Source: Azolla caroliniana (taxonomy: Eukaryota > Plantae > Polypodiophyta). Taken from it: a stretch of 64,000 nucleotides of DNA. The DNA lies in NCBI GenBank assembly GCA_043228905.1, contig JBHGNT010000016.1:17050001-17114000 (forward strand). Reading direction: 5' to 3'. The translations under genes and the position numbers were made by a program. Positions 1 through 10,633 of the stretch are shown piece after piece; positions within the stretch are counted from its first letter, which is position 1, and every line of letters begins with the position of its first letter. A model generated the notes under the pieces. It saw only the letters and a program-made list of their open reading frames with translations. It was not told where the DNA came from and made no database searches.

Positions 1-719
1 AAACCGGGAGGGACAAATAAAATGGGGATGTGCAACATTGCACATGCACTTGTAAATTTGTGTAATAAGAATAAGTAAACAAAATGTAATGGGAAGGGTA
101 ATAACCTAAGGTGCTAAAGGTGCACCACGAAGTTCGTAGAGGCATAAATGTGATGTGCACTTTGTAGAGAAGAATGAGTAGTGAGCATTGAGAGTAAATG
201 TAATAGGAGAGAGAGTTCAGGCCCACCGATTTAAGATCGAGGGAGATATTCCCCATTAAATGAAAGGGGATTTGACTCCCTCTTGTAATGTGCTCACCCC
301 TTATTACTATAAAGGGGAGTGAGGGGGGGTCACTTGTGAAGGGGTTGCCTATTTTTTAGTGTGAAAGGTATACCGCATAGTTCTAGGGTTCTTCTTCTTC
401 CCATTTCGATTTAGGGTTAGGGTTTCGCTTAGGCTTACCTTATTCATCTTCTTTACTTTACTTATTCGATTAGGGTTTCTTGTAGCCGTTGGGTTTTGGC
501 CTATGCCGCCATAGTTGTATTCGTTTGTGTTTTCTTAATATAACTTGTTGAGTATTTTGCCTCCATCCATCTCTTGTTCAATCTTCATGTCATATTCATT
601 CTCCTCTCCTCTTGAGCTAAGCTTCCATTTCGTGTCTTATTCCTTCTCCTCAACTCCCTAGTTCAAGACCCCAGTGGTTCCGCCTCGGATCCTACACGCG
701 CTCACGAAATATCGCGACA
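1..719 (+). mobile_element. LTR (3' or solo; first ~28 bp outside window) of a relative of the Trp-primed family at 1240-4766
   Basis: The start (GACAAATAAA..GATGTGCAACATTGCACA) matches 1279-1311. The end (CAAGACCCCAGTGG..TCGCGACA) matches the LTR end at 1830-1882. It is followed by ACGT and host integrase sequence, with no PBS. Confidence 0.75.
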
Positions 720-1239
720 ACGTAATGCTCAAAGTACATACAAGAGGATTGCGGACCATCATCGCTTAGACTCCTTAGAAACGTTTCATGGCAGGGATCG
801 TGTATGGCTTCTACAACACAACATCAAGACCACTAGGCCTTGTAGTAAATTAGATTACCAACGGTTTGGCCCGTACGAGATCATGGGTAAGATAAGCGAT
901 GTTGCATTTCGTCTTGGCCTCCCTCCTCACATGCATCTTCACCCCGTGTTTCATGTCTCCCTTCTCGAACCTTACACCCCAAGTTCAATCCCGGGTCGTC
1001 TTAACACTCCCCCACCACCTGTAGAGTTTTTGGAAGGACCGGAATTTGAGGTTGTTGCCATTCTCGATTCCAAGATCGTGCGCAACAAGTTGTATTACTT
1101 GGTCGATTGGTTAGGCTATACACCCAATTATCGAACTTGGGAACCTGCAACAAATCTTGTCAATGTTGCGGACATGGTCACCGAATTTCATCGACAATAT
1201 CCTCATAAGCCAGGTCCTAGTTCAACCCATGCGACCCGT
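720..1239 (+). pseudogene. Tcn1-like chromovirus A: integrase C-terminus (GPY/F) and chromodomain; continues at 4771-4799
   Basis: Translation includes GPYEI..HPVFHVSLLEPY..EFEVVAILDSKIVRNKLYYLVDWLGY..TWEP. It is homologous to the 16680-16960 end of element B. Confidence 0.9.
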
Positions 1240-1887
1240 TGTCGTGACGATTTTCGGCTACGGTGTGAAACCAAGTGAGACAAATAAACCAATGATGTGC
1301 AACATTGCACATACACTTAGCAAATAAGCCTCCTAAGGCCTAGTGGCACTTGAGTTCATACAGAGGGGTGCAAGCAAGGTTTGAACCTTGCACCTCTAAG
1401 ATACAAGATAATTGCCTTACCACTAGGACAACTATCATATAGTGTAAATTTTATGTATTTCCTTTTCATATACAAATTATAGACGAAACAACCATAGAAA
1501 ACCATGTGCACAAAACCATGGTTTTAAACCCATGGTTTGTGCATGACATAAGCAAAACCGTGTGCACAAAACCATGGTTTTAGCCCATGGTTTTGTGCAT
1601 GTCACGAGCATGGAAAGACCTATAAAAGCCTCTAGTTGGGCTTGTGTAAGGGGGGCTCAATATGTGATATCACCAACACCATTATCATCAATATAATATT
1701 TGTCTTTATCTTCATATTTTTCTACTTCTCAAGTGTACAATTTTTCTTCTTCTCAAGTAAACCATTTTCATTTAATCTTACATTGATCGTCATCTAGCGT
1801 CGATAATTCCGCGATCATCCTCCCCAGTCCAAGACCCCGGTGGTCGCTCGAGTAGCACACGCACGCGCGAATCTTCGCGACATCATT

Positions 1888-1905
1888 TGGTGAACCCGAC
1901 GTGAA
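1888..1905 (+). promoter_or_regulatory. Primer-binding site complementary to the 3' end of tRNA-Trp
   Basis: TGGTGAACCCGACGTGAA is the reverse complement of the eukaryotic tRNA-Trp(CCA) 3' end (..TTCACGTCGGGTTCACCA), recalled from memory. It sits 5 nt after the LTR. Confidence 0.85.
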
Positions 1906-1926
1906 GAGCTGCAGGGGAGGACGAAG

Positions 1927-4047
1927 ATGGATGTCGAATATCTCATGGAGGCAATGTCAAGAAGGATGATGGAGTTTCTGATAGAAGGGAAAAGAAGAAA
2001 TGAAGCCCAACAAGCCGTCGACAAGGTAGTCGAACGAATGAGCTATTTCAACGGTGCCGAAGTCCAAAGTTTCCTAAAAGTCTACAATGCGGAGATGGAT
2101 TCAAGAGGTGTGGACAAAGCTATGAGGCTAGAGTACTTTTGTCGGGTGGTGTCTCAACCGATCTTCAAAGATGTAGAAGAGCTTCTAGAAGCTCATGATT
2201 CGTGGTCGACTTTCGAGGAGGCTCTATTGGAGGAATATGGCTATGAGAGGCAAAAGGGACAAGATCGACGCAACTTCGACCAATGGGTGACATCAGCGAA
2301 GACCCACCAAGGCGCGACACAAGCATTCGTAGACTTCGAGCATCATTTTTCTCAATTGTCGGAGCGGGAACAAAGATTGGTGGGGGTCGATAAGGTCCTT
2401 ATGTTCGTGAAGTCAATCGATCGAATGGAAAGGATGGCGATCGGCCTCAAACTTGAAGAAGATGATGGTGCAAATGGCCTCATCGAGGATTGGAGCAAAG
2501 TGGAAAGTGTATGCCGACTACACGATAAGGGGCAAGCGAGAATATCGACGACAACAAGACGGCCCATGAGGGACGATCGAAGAGGTACGAGATGCAACAA
2601 TGCACCACCAACAAAAGAAATGAAGCTTAGAAGGGAGACAAAACCGAGGCGAATGGTGATCGAGGAAGAAGAGACCTCCCAACAAATGCGGGTTAATGAA
2701 GTGGCCGATACAAAGGCTCTAGTTCGGTATGACAGTACCGAGAGAGAAGGTGTGAAACAAGTCACCTTCTTGTCTTACAAAGAAACGACGGCAAAGGAGG
2801 AGTCCGATGACTCGAGGACGGCGAACGCCACTTTGAGGGAGGATAAATGTTTTGGAACACGCATTGTGTACGAAACATCGGGTGATGACGGCGCAAGCAT
2901 GAGAAAAGCTTGCATGATCGAGGGAGGAAAAGTGTTTGAGTCTGAAGAGATTGAGGAGGTAGCCATGACAAACGACATCGAGTCGGAGGTGGCTATGGAC
3001 GAGTCGACAACGGATAGCCATGTAAAGACTTTCTCCACGATTGTTCCAGAGACTTCGGCGGTTGCACCCATGTGCCAACGTGAGACCGGAGAGACGGAAG
3101 GTGGTGACGGGAAGACAAAGGCCCAACACAAAGAGGAAGAAGATCGAGGAAGAAAGGATATCCACACACCTATTCTAGAGACTTCGGCGGTTGTGCACGT
3201 GCGCCAACGTGAGACCGGAGAGACAGAATGTGTGGACAAAAAAGAGGACGACCAGAAGGGCGATGAAGAAGACAAGATAAATGTAAATGAACGAAGGGAT
3301 TCCTTCACACTGGTTCCAGAGACTTCGGCAGTCGAGACCGTGTGTCGACATAAGACCGAAGATAAAGGAGGTGGCGAAGAGGAGACAATATGGCTCGAGG
3401 CGAGCATACACGGAGGGAAGGATATGGCCGACGTGGAGGCCAAGGATGAAGCTACGGTTGAGTTCGATGGAGAGGTTGCATGTGGGAAGGAAGGAAGAGT
3501 CGAGAACCGGTTGAACCGGAAGACGATCCGGCCGGGATTCCGACCCGAACGAAGGAAGATCCACATGGGAGCCGATCGACCGGGGCCGACCCGGCCGAAA
3601 CCTGATTCGGCGAAAATCGATCGGACGATTCCGATCCAAAAGGGGGCCGACCCAGCCAGAATCAATCGATCGAGCCCGACTCGGGGAAATGTGAATGCAG
3701 ACGAAGGCCAACCAAGCCAAGAAGCGATCGGTGGAGACCGATCCGGACAAGGGCAAACCCGGCCTAATCGGAGATCGACACGAACGATCTACAATACCCA
3801 GTTGAAGACGGTGAGCGTGAGGAGTGGCCAGGAGTCCAATCGAAGGACACGCGCGGTGGACGAAGGAAGAGCGGTCGTATCGACGACATCGTTCGGTAGA
3901 TCTACTACAACCGATCGGGGAAGAAGGCGTGAGCGCCGGATATGGTGGATCGGGTGGCTACGGTGGTTCGGTTGGAAAGATTGTGCATACTCGAAGTGGA
4001 AGACAAAGTCAGACGAGGTCGACGAGCGTGCAGAGGAACTCGGTTGA
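1927..4047 (+). CDS. Gag-like protein (706 aa): capsid-like N-terminal ~200 aa, then an acidic/repetitive and Arg-rich tail; no PR/RT/IN
   Basis: Intact ORF starting 21 nt after the PBS. It has a FNGAEVQSFLKVY..SWSTFEEALLEEY Gag-like pattern and three PETSAV..RETGETE-like repeats. Confidence 0.7.
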   Translation: MDVEYLMEAMSRRMMEFLIEGKRRNEAQQAVDKVVERMSYFNGAEVQSFLKVYNAEMDSRGVDKAMRLEYFCRVVSQPIFKDVEELLEAHDSWSTFEEALLEEYGYERQKGQDRRNFDQWVTSAKTHQGATQAFVDFEHHFSQLSEREQRLVGVDKVLMFVKSIDRMERMAIGLKLEEDDGANGLIEDWSKVESVCRLHDKGQARISTTTRRPMRDDRRGTRCNNAPPTKEMKLRRETKPRRMVIEEEETSQQMRVNEVADTKALVRYDSTEREGVKQVTFLSYKETTAKEESDDSRTANATLREDKCFGTRIVYETSGDDGASMRKACMIEGGKVFESEEIEEVAMTNDIESEVAMDESTTDSHVKTFSTIVPETSAVAPMCQRETGETEGGDGKTKAQHKEEEDRGRKDIHTPILETSAVVHVRQRETGETECVDKKEDDQKGDEEDKINVNERRDSFTLVPETSAVETVCRHKTEDKGGGEEETIWLEASIHGGKDMADVEAKDEATVEFDGEVACGKEGRVENRLNRKTIRPGFRPERRKIHMGADRPGPTRPKPDSAKIDRTIPIQKGADPARINRSSPTRGNVNADEGQPSQEAIGGDRSGQGQTRPNRRSTRTIYNTQLKTVSVRSGQESNRRTRAVDEGRAVVSTTSFGRSTTTDRGRRRERRIWWIGWLRWFGWKDCAYSKWKTKSDEVDERAEELG

Positions 4048-4799
4048 TCACCGTTGCCAAAGATCTCACCTCTTCACCTTTCTCGGCACATACCGGAGGA
4101 TGTGCGGGTTTGGTGGGGGTGGATGTCGTGACGATTTTCGGCTACGGTGTGAAACCAAGTGAGACAAATAAACCAATGATGTGCAACATTGCACATACAC
4201 TTAGCAAATAAGCCTCCTAAGGCCTAGTGGCACTTGAGTTCATACAGAGGGGTGCAAGCAAGGTTTGAACCTTGCACCTCTAAGATACAAGATAATTGCC
4301 TTACCACTAGGACAACTATCATATAGTGTAAATTTTATGTATTTCCTTTTCATATACAAATTATAGACGAAACAACCATAGAAAACCATGTGCACAAAAC
4401 CATGGTTTTAAACCCATGGTTTGTGCATGACATAAGCAAAACCGTGTGCACAAAACCATGGTTTTAGCCCATGGTTTTGTGCATGTCACGAGCATGGAAA
4501 GACCTATAAAAGCCTCTAGTTGGGCTTGTGTAAGGGGGGCTCAATATGTGATATCACCAACACCATTATCATCAATATAATATTTGTCTTTATCTTCATA
4601 TTTTTCTACTTCTCAAGTGTACAATTTTTCTTCTTCTCAAGTAAACCATTTTCATTTAATCTTACATTGATCGTCATCTAGCGTCGATAATTCCGCGATC
4701 ATCTTCCCCAGTCCAAGACCCCGGTGGTCGCTCGAGTAGCACACGCACGCGCGAATCTTCGCGACACCGTGATATGGGTCATCGAAGAAGGGGGGATAG

Positions 4800-5182
4800 T
4801 GTCACGATGACACTTACATACGATTTGGATTTACAAGGAATCAAACGGGCCACAACCTTGTTATATACGTGTCGAGTTCTTAACCATTGTAATGATATAT
4901 TTATGTGTAAATAATTTATAAACTATATAGAATATTATAAAGAATTCTAGAGTACTCTATGTTCTAGAATGTTCTAGAATATTCTAGAGTGCTCTATTGT
5001 CTAGAACGTTCTAGAATATTCTAGCATAATCTTTATTGTAGGACTTTCTAGAATACCCTATTAAGACTTATAAATACGCATCTAATAATAAGGGATGAAC
5101 CAATTCGGTTCAACACCATTCTAGAGTTCCCTTGTTGTTTACTCATTGTATTCCATCTTCTAGCGCAATACATTATCTTTAC

Positions 5183-5222
<40 letters not shown>
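4800..5222 (+). mobile_element. 3' LTR of chromovirus A, split at its (CT)n tract by the LINE; last bases AACCCTGACA at 19989-19998
   Basis: Preceded by PPT GAAGAAGGGGGGATAG and starts TGTCAC. It has a TATA at ~5069 and CGGTTCAAC as in the element B LTR. The end CCTGACA matches the element B LTR end. Confidence 0.8.
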
Positions 5223-5225
<3 letters not shown>

Positions 5226-5748
5226 CGTAGATTTAGGGATGCTACCACCCCATACTTCCACCCCATAGAGAAGAATCGGGGTCACCAAAGTGTCAAAAAG
5301 ATATTTCTTGAGTACCAACACTTAATATCTCTAAGATTGCATGTGTTCTCAAATGCATAATATGCTCACTTACCCGCCTCTAAGCGGCGTGTAGCACATT
5401 CATTCCATTTATGATTTGAAGGAACTTCAAGGCCAAGATATTTGAAGCTTTCCACACATTCAAGGCTCATTGTTGTACATAATGCATGGTTTATCTCTTT
5501 TTTGACTCTTCACAAGCATAATCTTTGTTTTAGAGCTATTGACACTTAATCTAGTATGCATGTAAATTTTCTCCAATGCCTTCATAAGCTTTTGTGCATC
5601 TCCTGAAGTATTTGCAAAAAGCACTACATCATCCCCGTATAACAAAAGCATAATCACAACATTCCCAATGGCAACTTCTTCAACACATTCTTCTAATTCA
5701 TCAATGCATAAACCAAATAATGTTGGTGAGAGTGGGCATCCTTGCTTA
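5223..5748 (-). mobile_element. Inverted copy of the RT C-terminal region (8682-9215) of the adjacent LINE
   Basis: The reverse strand translates KQGCPLSPTLFGLCIDELEE..LLLYGDDVVLF..CIMYNNEP, near-identical to the 8152-8997 ORF end. Confidence 0.9.
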
Positions 5749-5895
5749 CCGTGGCGAGAAGTTATAAGCATTTTTGTCCGCATCCATCTTTGCCCCACGG
5801 CTCCTCAAACGCAAGGTAGATTTTGAAGCCCTAAATCAAGTGAAAGGTACATTTTCTCTCTCCCTCTCTCTCTTCTCATAGGGTTTGGTCCTACA

Positions 5896-6774
5896 ATGAC
5901 ACACACTCGTAAGGCCACCTCAAAGTTTGGGAGTATGATTGATAATGAACCGAAATCACCAACAAATGTTGATTCCAATGCAATAAACACAATGGACAAA
6001 ATGCTTATGAGTCACTTGATTTCTCTTCAAGAAACCATAAACAAGCAAGGTGAAGAGATTAGGATGTTAATGAAAGAGAATGTTAAGCTCCAAACTATTG
6101 CCATTGAGAATGAAATTGTTAAGAAAGTGGTTGCAAAACTTGAAGAAGAGATTCAAGAATGTAAAAGAGCTTTTTTCAAAACAAATGAGTGCCTTAATAA
6201 GATTGAGTTAAAGGAAGCATTAAAAGAAGAAAAATTAGACACGATGAGGCGGGATGTAAGTGAGATGGAAAATGTATGTACAACGAAATCATGGGCCGAT
6301 GTATGTGGTGGGGATGGGGTATCAAACTCATCTAATATGCATGTGATGCATCAAGAGAAGAATATAGAAAGCATAGATGCCCAAGAATTGAAAGAGCGTG
6401 AACGAAGATCAAAGAGCATTGTTATCCGTGGGATTAAAGAGGAGAGTATGGAAACATCCGCTTCCCTTGGAAAGGCCATTGGTGAATTTTTTAGCATGCA
6501 TTATGGGATGTCGGATGTGAATGTACATGGGGCACACCGAGTTGGGAAACACAGTGTTACTCGCTCCGGAGAAAGGCCCATTGTATGCACAATGACGGAT
6601 GATACAAAGTGGTGGATCATACTCGAAGATAGTTGGGTATACCTCAAAGGTACGCAATGCTTTGTGAGTGAAGATCGTGCTATCTCACAACAAAATGCCC
6701 GTCGTAAAGCATATGAAGAAAGATTGAAAAATAAGGTTAAGGATGTGCTTAAAGATGAAAATGTAGGCAAATAG
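5896..6774 (+). CDS. LINE ORF1 (coiled coil plus RRM-like region)
   Basis: 292-aa ORF with a heptad-rich N-terminus and ERERRSKSIVIRGIKE..HRVG..RPIVC motifs, directly upstream of the endonuclease. Confidence 0.8.
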   Translation: MTHTRKATSKFGSMIDNEPKSPTNVDSNAINTMDKMLMSHLISLQETINKQGEEIRMLMKENVKLQTIAIENEIVKKVVAKLEEEIQECKRAFFKTNECLNKIELKEALKEEKLDTMRRDVSEMENVCTTKSWADVCGGDGVSNSSNMHVMHQEKNIESIDAQELKERERRSKSIVIRGIKEESMETSASLGKAIGEFFSMHYGMSDVNVHGAHRVGKHSVTRSGERPIVCTMTDDTKWWIILEDSWVYLKGTQCFVSEDRAISQQNARRKAYEERLKNKVKDVLKDENVGK

Positions 6775-6780
6775 GGACAC

Positions 6781-9715
6781 ATGACCTATGAGACTAAACC
6801 ACGTCTTTTACGACTATGTTTTTGGAATTGCAATGGATACCCATGGAATGCGAGATTCGGCAGAGAGGAGTTCCTCGATGACTCGGATATCACACTTCTT
6901 GTTGAAACATGGGAGCATGATCCTCAAAGGATTCAAGGTTTAGGAAACTATAATGTACACTCTTTGATATGGGAGAAAAATCCAAGACAAAGAAGAGGAC
7001 AAGGAGGGGTGGCATGTTTGATTAAGAAGGAAATAGAGAAATATGTGGCAATCGTAAAAAATGATGAACATAAATGCTACATATGGCTCAAAATATAAAC
7101 ACCTAATGATTTGCCCACTTTTGTCGTTGGATGTTACATTTCTCATCAAGATTCTAACTTCTATGCTTGTTTGGATAAAGATAAACCTTTTGCAAATCTA
7201 GAAGATGATATTGCTTATTTCAAATCCAAAGGGGAAGTTATTGTCTTTGGTGACATGAATGCTCATACAAGAAGTTTCCAACTTGATTCACAAGAATATT
7301 TCATGCCACATATCTCAAGGATGCAAGACGATATGCAAATGTATAGTCGATCTTCTTGCGATGAAAAAGATCCGGACCAATTTGGGAAACTACTCCTACA
7401 AATGTGCAATAGTACCAGATTGCTTATTGCAAATGGTGTTTCCTTATGGTCCAATACTAACGGCTTTACATGTAGAAAACACAATGGAAATAGTGTGATT
7501 GACTATGTGCTACTTTCCGAAGGTATTTTGGATCGTATACATAAATTCTCACTGAGGGAATGGACACCGGAATCTGATCATAGGAATTCATGTATTGATC
7601 TCAAATGTATGCATAGGTTTGATTGCGAGAAGGTCATTGAAGATAGTAAACAAATGCACTTGAGCATGAATCTGAAGCGAGCTCCCATGTATTCCAAGAT
7701 GGTTGAGGATATGTTACAAATGATAAAGACACAACATGGTGCCACACTAGAATGCAAATGGGAAGCTTTTAAGAATGTCATTCTCTCTTGTACAAACAAA
7801 TGTTTTTCGATCAACCGCACATCATGGAAATGCACAAAGAAAGGTAAGAAAAAATGGTTTGATAAAGAATGCATGTGAAAAAATGGTAAGAAAAACACAA
7901 GAGAAAGCACATGCATGTGCTAAATTTTGGGGAAATCTAAAGGGGAAACGTGTGAGAGTTATGGTGACATAACTGTTCATGACTTGTCTATGCATTATAA
8001 GAATTTATATGAGTTATCTCTTCCCGGAAAGATGATTTGTTATGGTTCTCTTTCACATATGTCTCCCTTCTTTACAATTGAATATATATGCATAGGACTT
8101 AAGAAATTTGCATCTTGAAAGGCAAGCGATCTTCAATGTATAAAAGTTGAAATGCTCAAATGGACGGGAAAGGAAACACATATATGGATATGTGATATGT
8201 TTAATGATGCATTACAACATGGTATGCCATATGATTGGACTACAAATTGGATCAAACCTTTACATAAAGGCGGAGATGTAAATAATGCAAACAACTATCG
8301 AACCATCATGGTTGACTCATTAATGGCAAAACTATTTGGATGTATAATGGAATCAAAGATAATTATATGGGCAGAAAAAAATGGTAAGAGAGCTTATGGA
8401 CAAGCTGGTTTTCGAAAACAACATAGCACCATTGATCATCTTGTCACTCTTCGAGTATTAATGGAGGAAAGTCCCCTTAAAGGTAAAGGTTTATATTGTT
8501 GCTTTGTAGACTTCAAGAAAGCTTTTGATATGGTACCTCGTGAGCATCTTTGGAGGCGGATGGAAGAACTTGAGGTGCCAAGTGAATATATGCTTGCAAT
8601 TTCCCGAATATATGAGAAGGTTATATGTTGTGTGTGTATGAGAGCTAGACTTTCAGATTTTTTCAATAGCACTATTGGTGTTAAGCAAGGATGCCTACTC
8701 TCACTAGCATTATTTGGTCTATGCATTGATGAATTAGAAGAAATGGTTACCAAGTTTGTAAAGGAAGAATGTGTTAAAGAAGTTTCCATTGGAAATGTTG
8801 TGATTATGCTTTTGTTATATGCGGATTATGTAGTGCTTTTTGCAAATACTTCAGGAGATGCACAAAAGCTTATGAAGGCATTGGAAAAAATTTACATGCA
8901 TACTAGATTAAGTGTCAATAGCTCTAAAACAAAGATTATGCTTGTGAAGAGTCAAAAAAGAGATAAACCATGCATTATGTACAACAATGAGCCTTGAATG
9001 TGTTCCTTCAAATCATAAATGGAATGAATGTGCTACACGCCGCTTAGAGGCGGGTAAGTGAGCATATTATGCATTTGAGAACACATGCAAACTTGGAGAT
9101 ATTAAGTGTTGGGTCCTCAAGAAATATCTTTTTGACACTTTGGTGATGGTCCTCACCCCGGTTCTTCTCTATGGGGTGGAAGTATGGGGCGGTAGCATCC
9201 CTAAATCTACGTGGAAAGATTTTGAAAATGTCCAAAAACATTTTCTTACAAAGTATCTACAAGTTATGAAACAAACGCCCTACACCCTCCTCCTCCTTGA
9301 GACGGGATCGCTTCCCATTGAGATCGTGGCCATGGAAAGGGTTGTTGAATAAATGCTTAAGGTTCAAAAAGCCCCTCACATCGACTTCCTAGAATTGCAT
9401 GGGAAGCAAGCAAAAAGATCCAAAAGATGCATAAAAGCAAAATTTTGTGTTCCAGTTGGATGCAAGATTTAGAAAAATGGTTCGGTAGATGGGATGCAAG
9501 ACACTTGCTTCATAGTACGTCACTAGATTCCTTTGGAAATGAGGCCTTTTTGCAACGTTAATGTATCATGACATGGGACAAATGTGGTGGCTCACGCTTC
9601 ACACATTATACTACAAATGTTGCACCTAACTACAAAACCATATTCTTCGAAGAACGGGGAGCCCATCCTGATCTCTACCATTCGAACCATTGCCTCCATG
9701 CGACTTAGCTCACGC
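6781..9715 (+). pseudogene. LINE ORF2 (APE endonuclease plus reverse transcriptase), frameshifted
   Basis: Motifs FWNCNG, LVETW, GDMNA, IDYVL, SDH (APE) and PLHKGGD..NYRTI, QAGFR, FVDFKKAFD, GVKQGC, LYAD (RT). Confidence 0.92.
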
Positions 9716-10046
9716 TGTTGCATGGCACGTGACACATGTGCCAAACATCGAGATGTGCGCGTCACAAGCGCGAACAAGCACCGGGCCTCTATCCGCTAGT
9801 GCTTATGGAGGATTGATGATGGGATCATTCAAGATAACGGAACTGCGGAAGCACTAGCGCAAGAGAGAAGTATTAAAGATAAATTGATAGAGAGATACAA
9901 GCGGGAATTCCTATTCCCGGTTTGAACCTTTGACTTTGAAATTGAGATAGAAGACACTTTGCCAATAAGATAACTAGAACTTATTAATTATTATTGATTG
10001 CATACATTCCTCCCCCTTTTCTTTTCCTTTCTCTCCTTATATAGAT

Positions 10047-10455
10047 CCCCAACTAAAAAACATTCCTAAGCCTTTCATATGTTGGACCAAGTCCAAATCA
10101 CTCTATTCTTATCTAGTCAAAACTAAATATATTAGATCCCCAAATCCTCATTAAAACATCACACTTACTATTGCTATCATTCTACTAGAACTAAATATAA
10201 TAGATCCCCAAATCATCCCTTACCATCAAACTCATTAAGCTATCCCTCTCTACATTCACTACCTCCCTAACTCCCACATCCTCCTTTATACACATTCAAA
10301 TCCCCTCTCATCCATCCCCACCACTCCCCTTCACTCTTCTTGCATCTTCCCCTATATAAGCCTCTCACATTTTTGTATATGGTCTTTAGCACTGATGAGC
10401 TCATATAGAGCGAAACATGTTTGCCAAAAGACCTTTTCTTACATAAATTGAAATT

Positions 10456-10516
<61 letters not shown>

Positions 10517-10633
10517 TCCCCTACTACTCTCTTTTATACTATTCTTTAGTTACCATACTATTTACCCTAACTATCCAACCGCCGAAGGTTATACGCTCGC
10601 ACTCCTCGCTTAGGCCATACGGCCCACAAGTAC
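10047..10633 (+). mobile_element. 587-bp non-coding insertion with 62-bp target duplication; Penelope-like/retrozyme-like
   Basis: Absent from the partner LTR (19141-19240). It is flanked by identical 62-bp copies at 9985-10046 and 10634-10695 and contains a hammerhead motif. Confidence 0.75.
10381..10433 (+). ncRNA. Type I hammerhead ribozyme with minimal palindromic stem III
   Basis: GGTCTTTAGCA-CTGATGA-GCTC atata GAGC-GAAA-CATGTT^-TGCCAAAAGACC shows the full catalytic core, a 4-bp stem II, and stem I with a small internal loop. Confidence 0.85.

Larger units (their letters stand above)
1240..4766 (+). mobile_element. Young non-autonomous Ty3/gypsy-type LTR element (Gag-like ORF only), tRNA-Trp PBS, 4-bp TSD CCGT
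   Basis: 643-bp TG..CA LTRs at 1240-1882 and 4124-4766, with one visible mismatch. PBS 1888-1905, PPT GGTGGGGGTGGA 4112-4123, and CCGT at 1236-1239 and 4767-4770. Confidence 0.95.

Noticed and set aside
384-480. TAGGGTT telomere-like motifs
   Set aside because: Only scattered single or double units inside an LTR; not an interstitial telomere array.
2352-3756. Several long antisense ORFs (also within 45793-47259 and 54607-58522)
   Set aside because: Shadow frames of GC-rich retroelement ORFs with no recognisable motifs.
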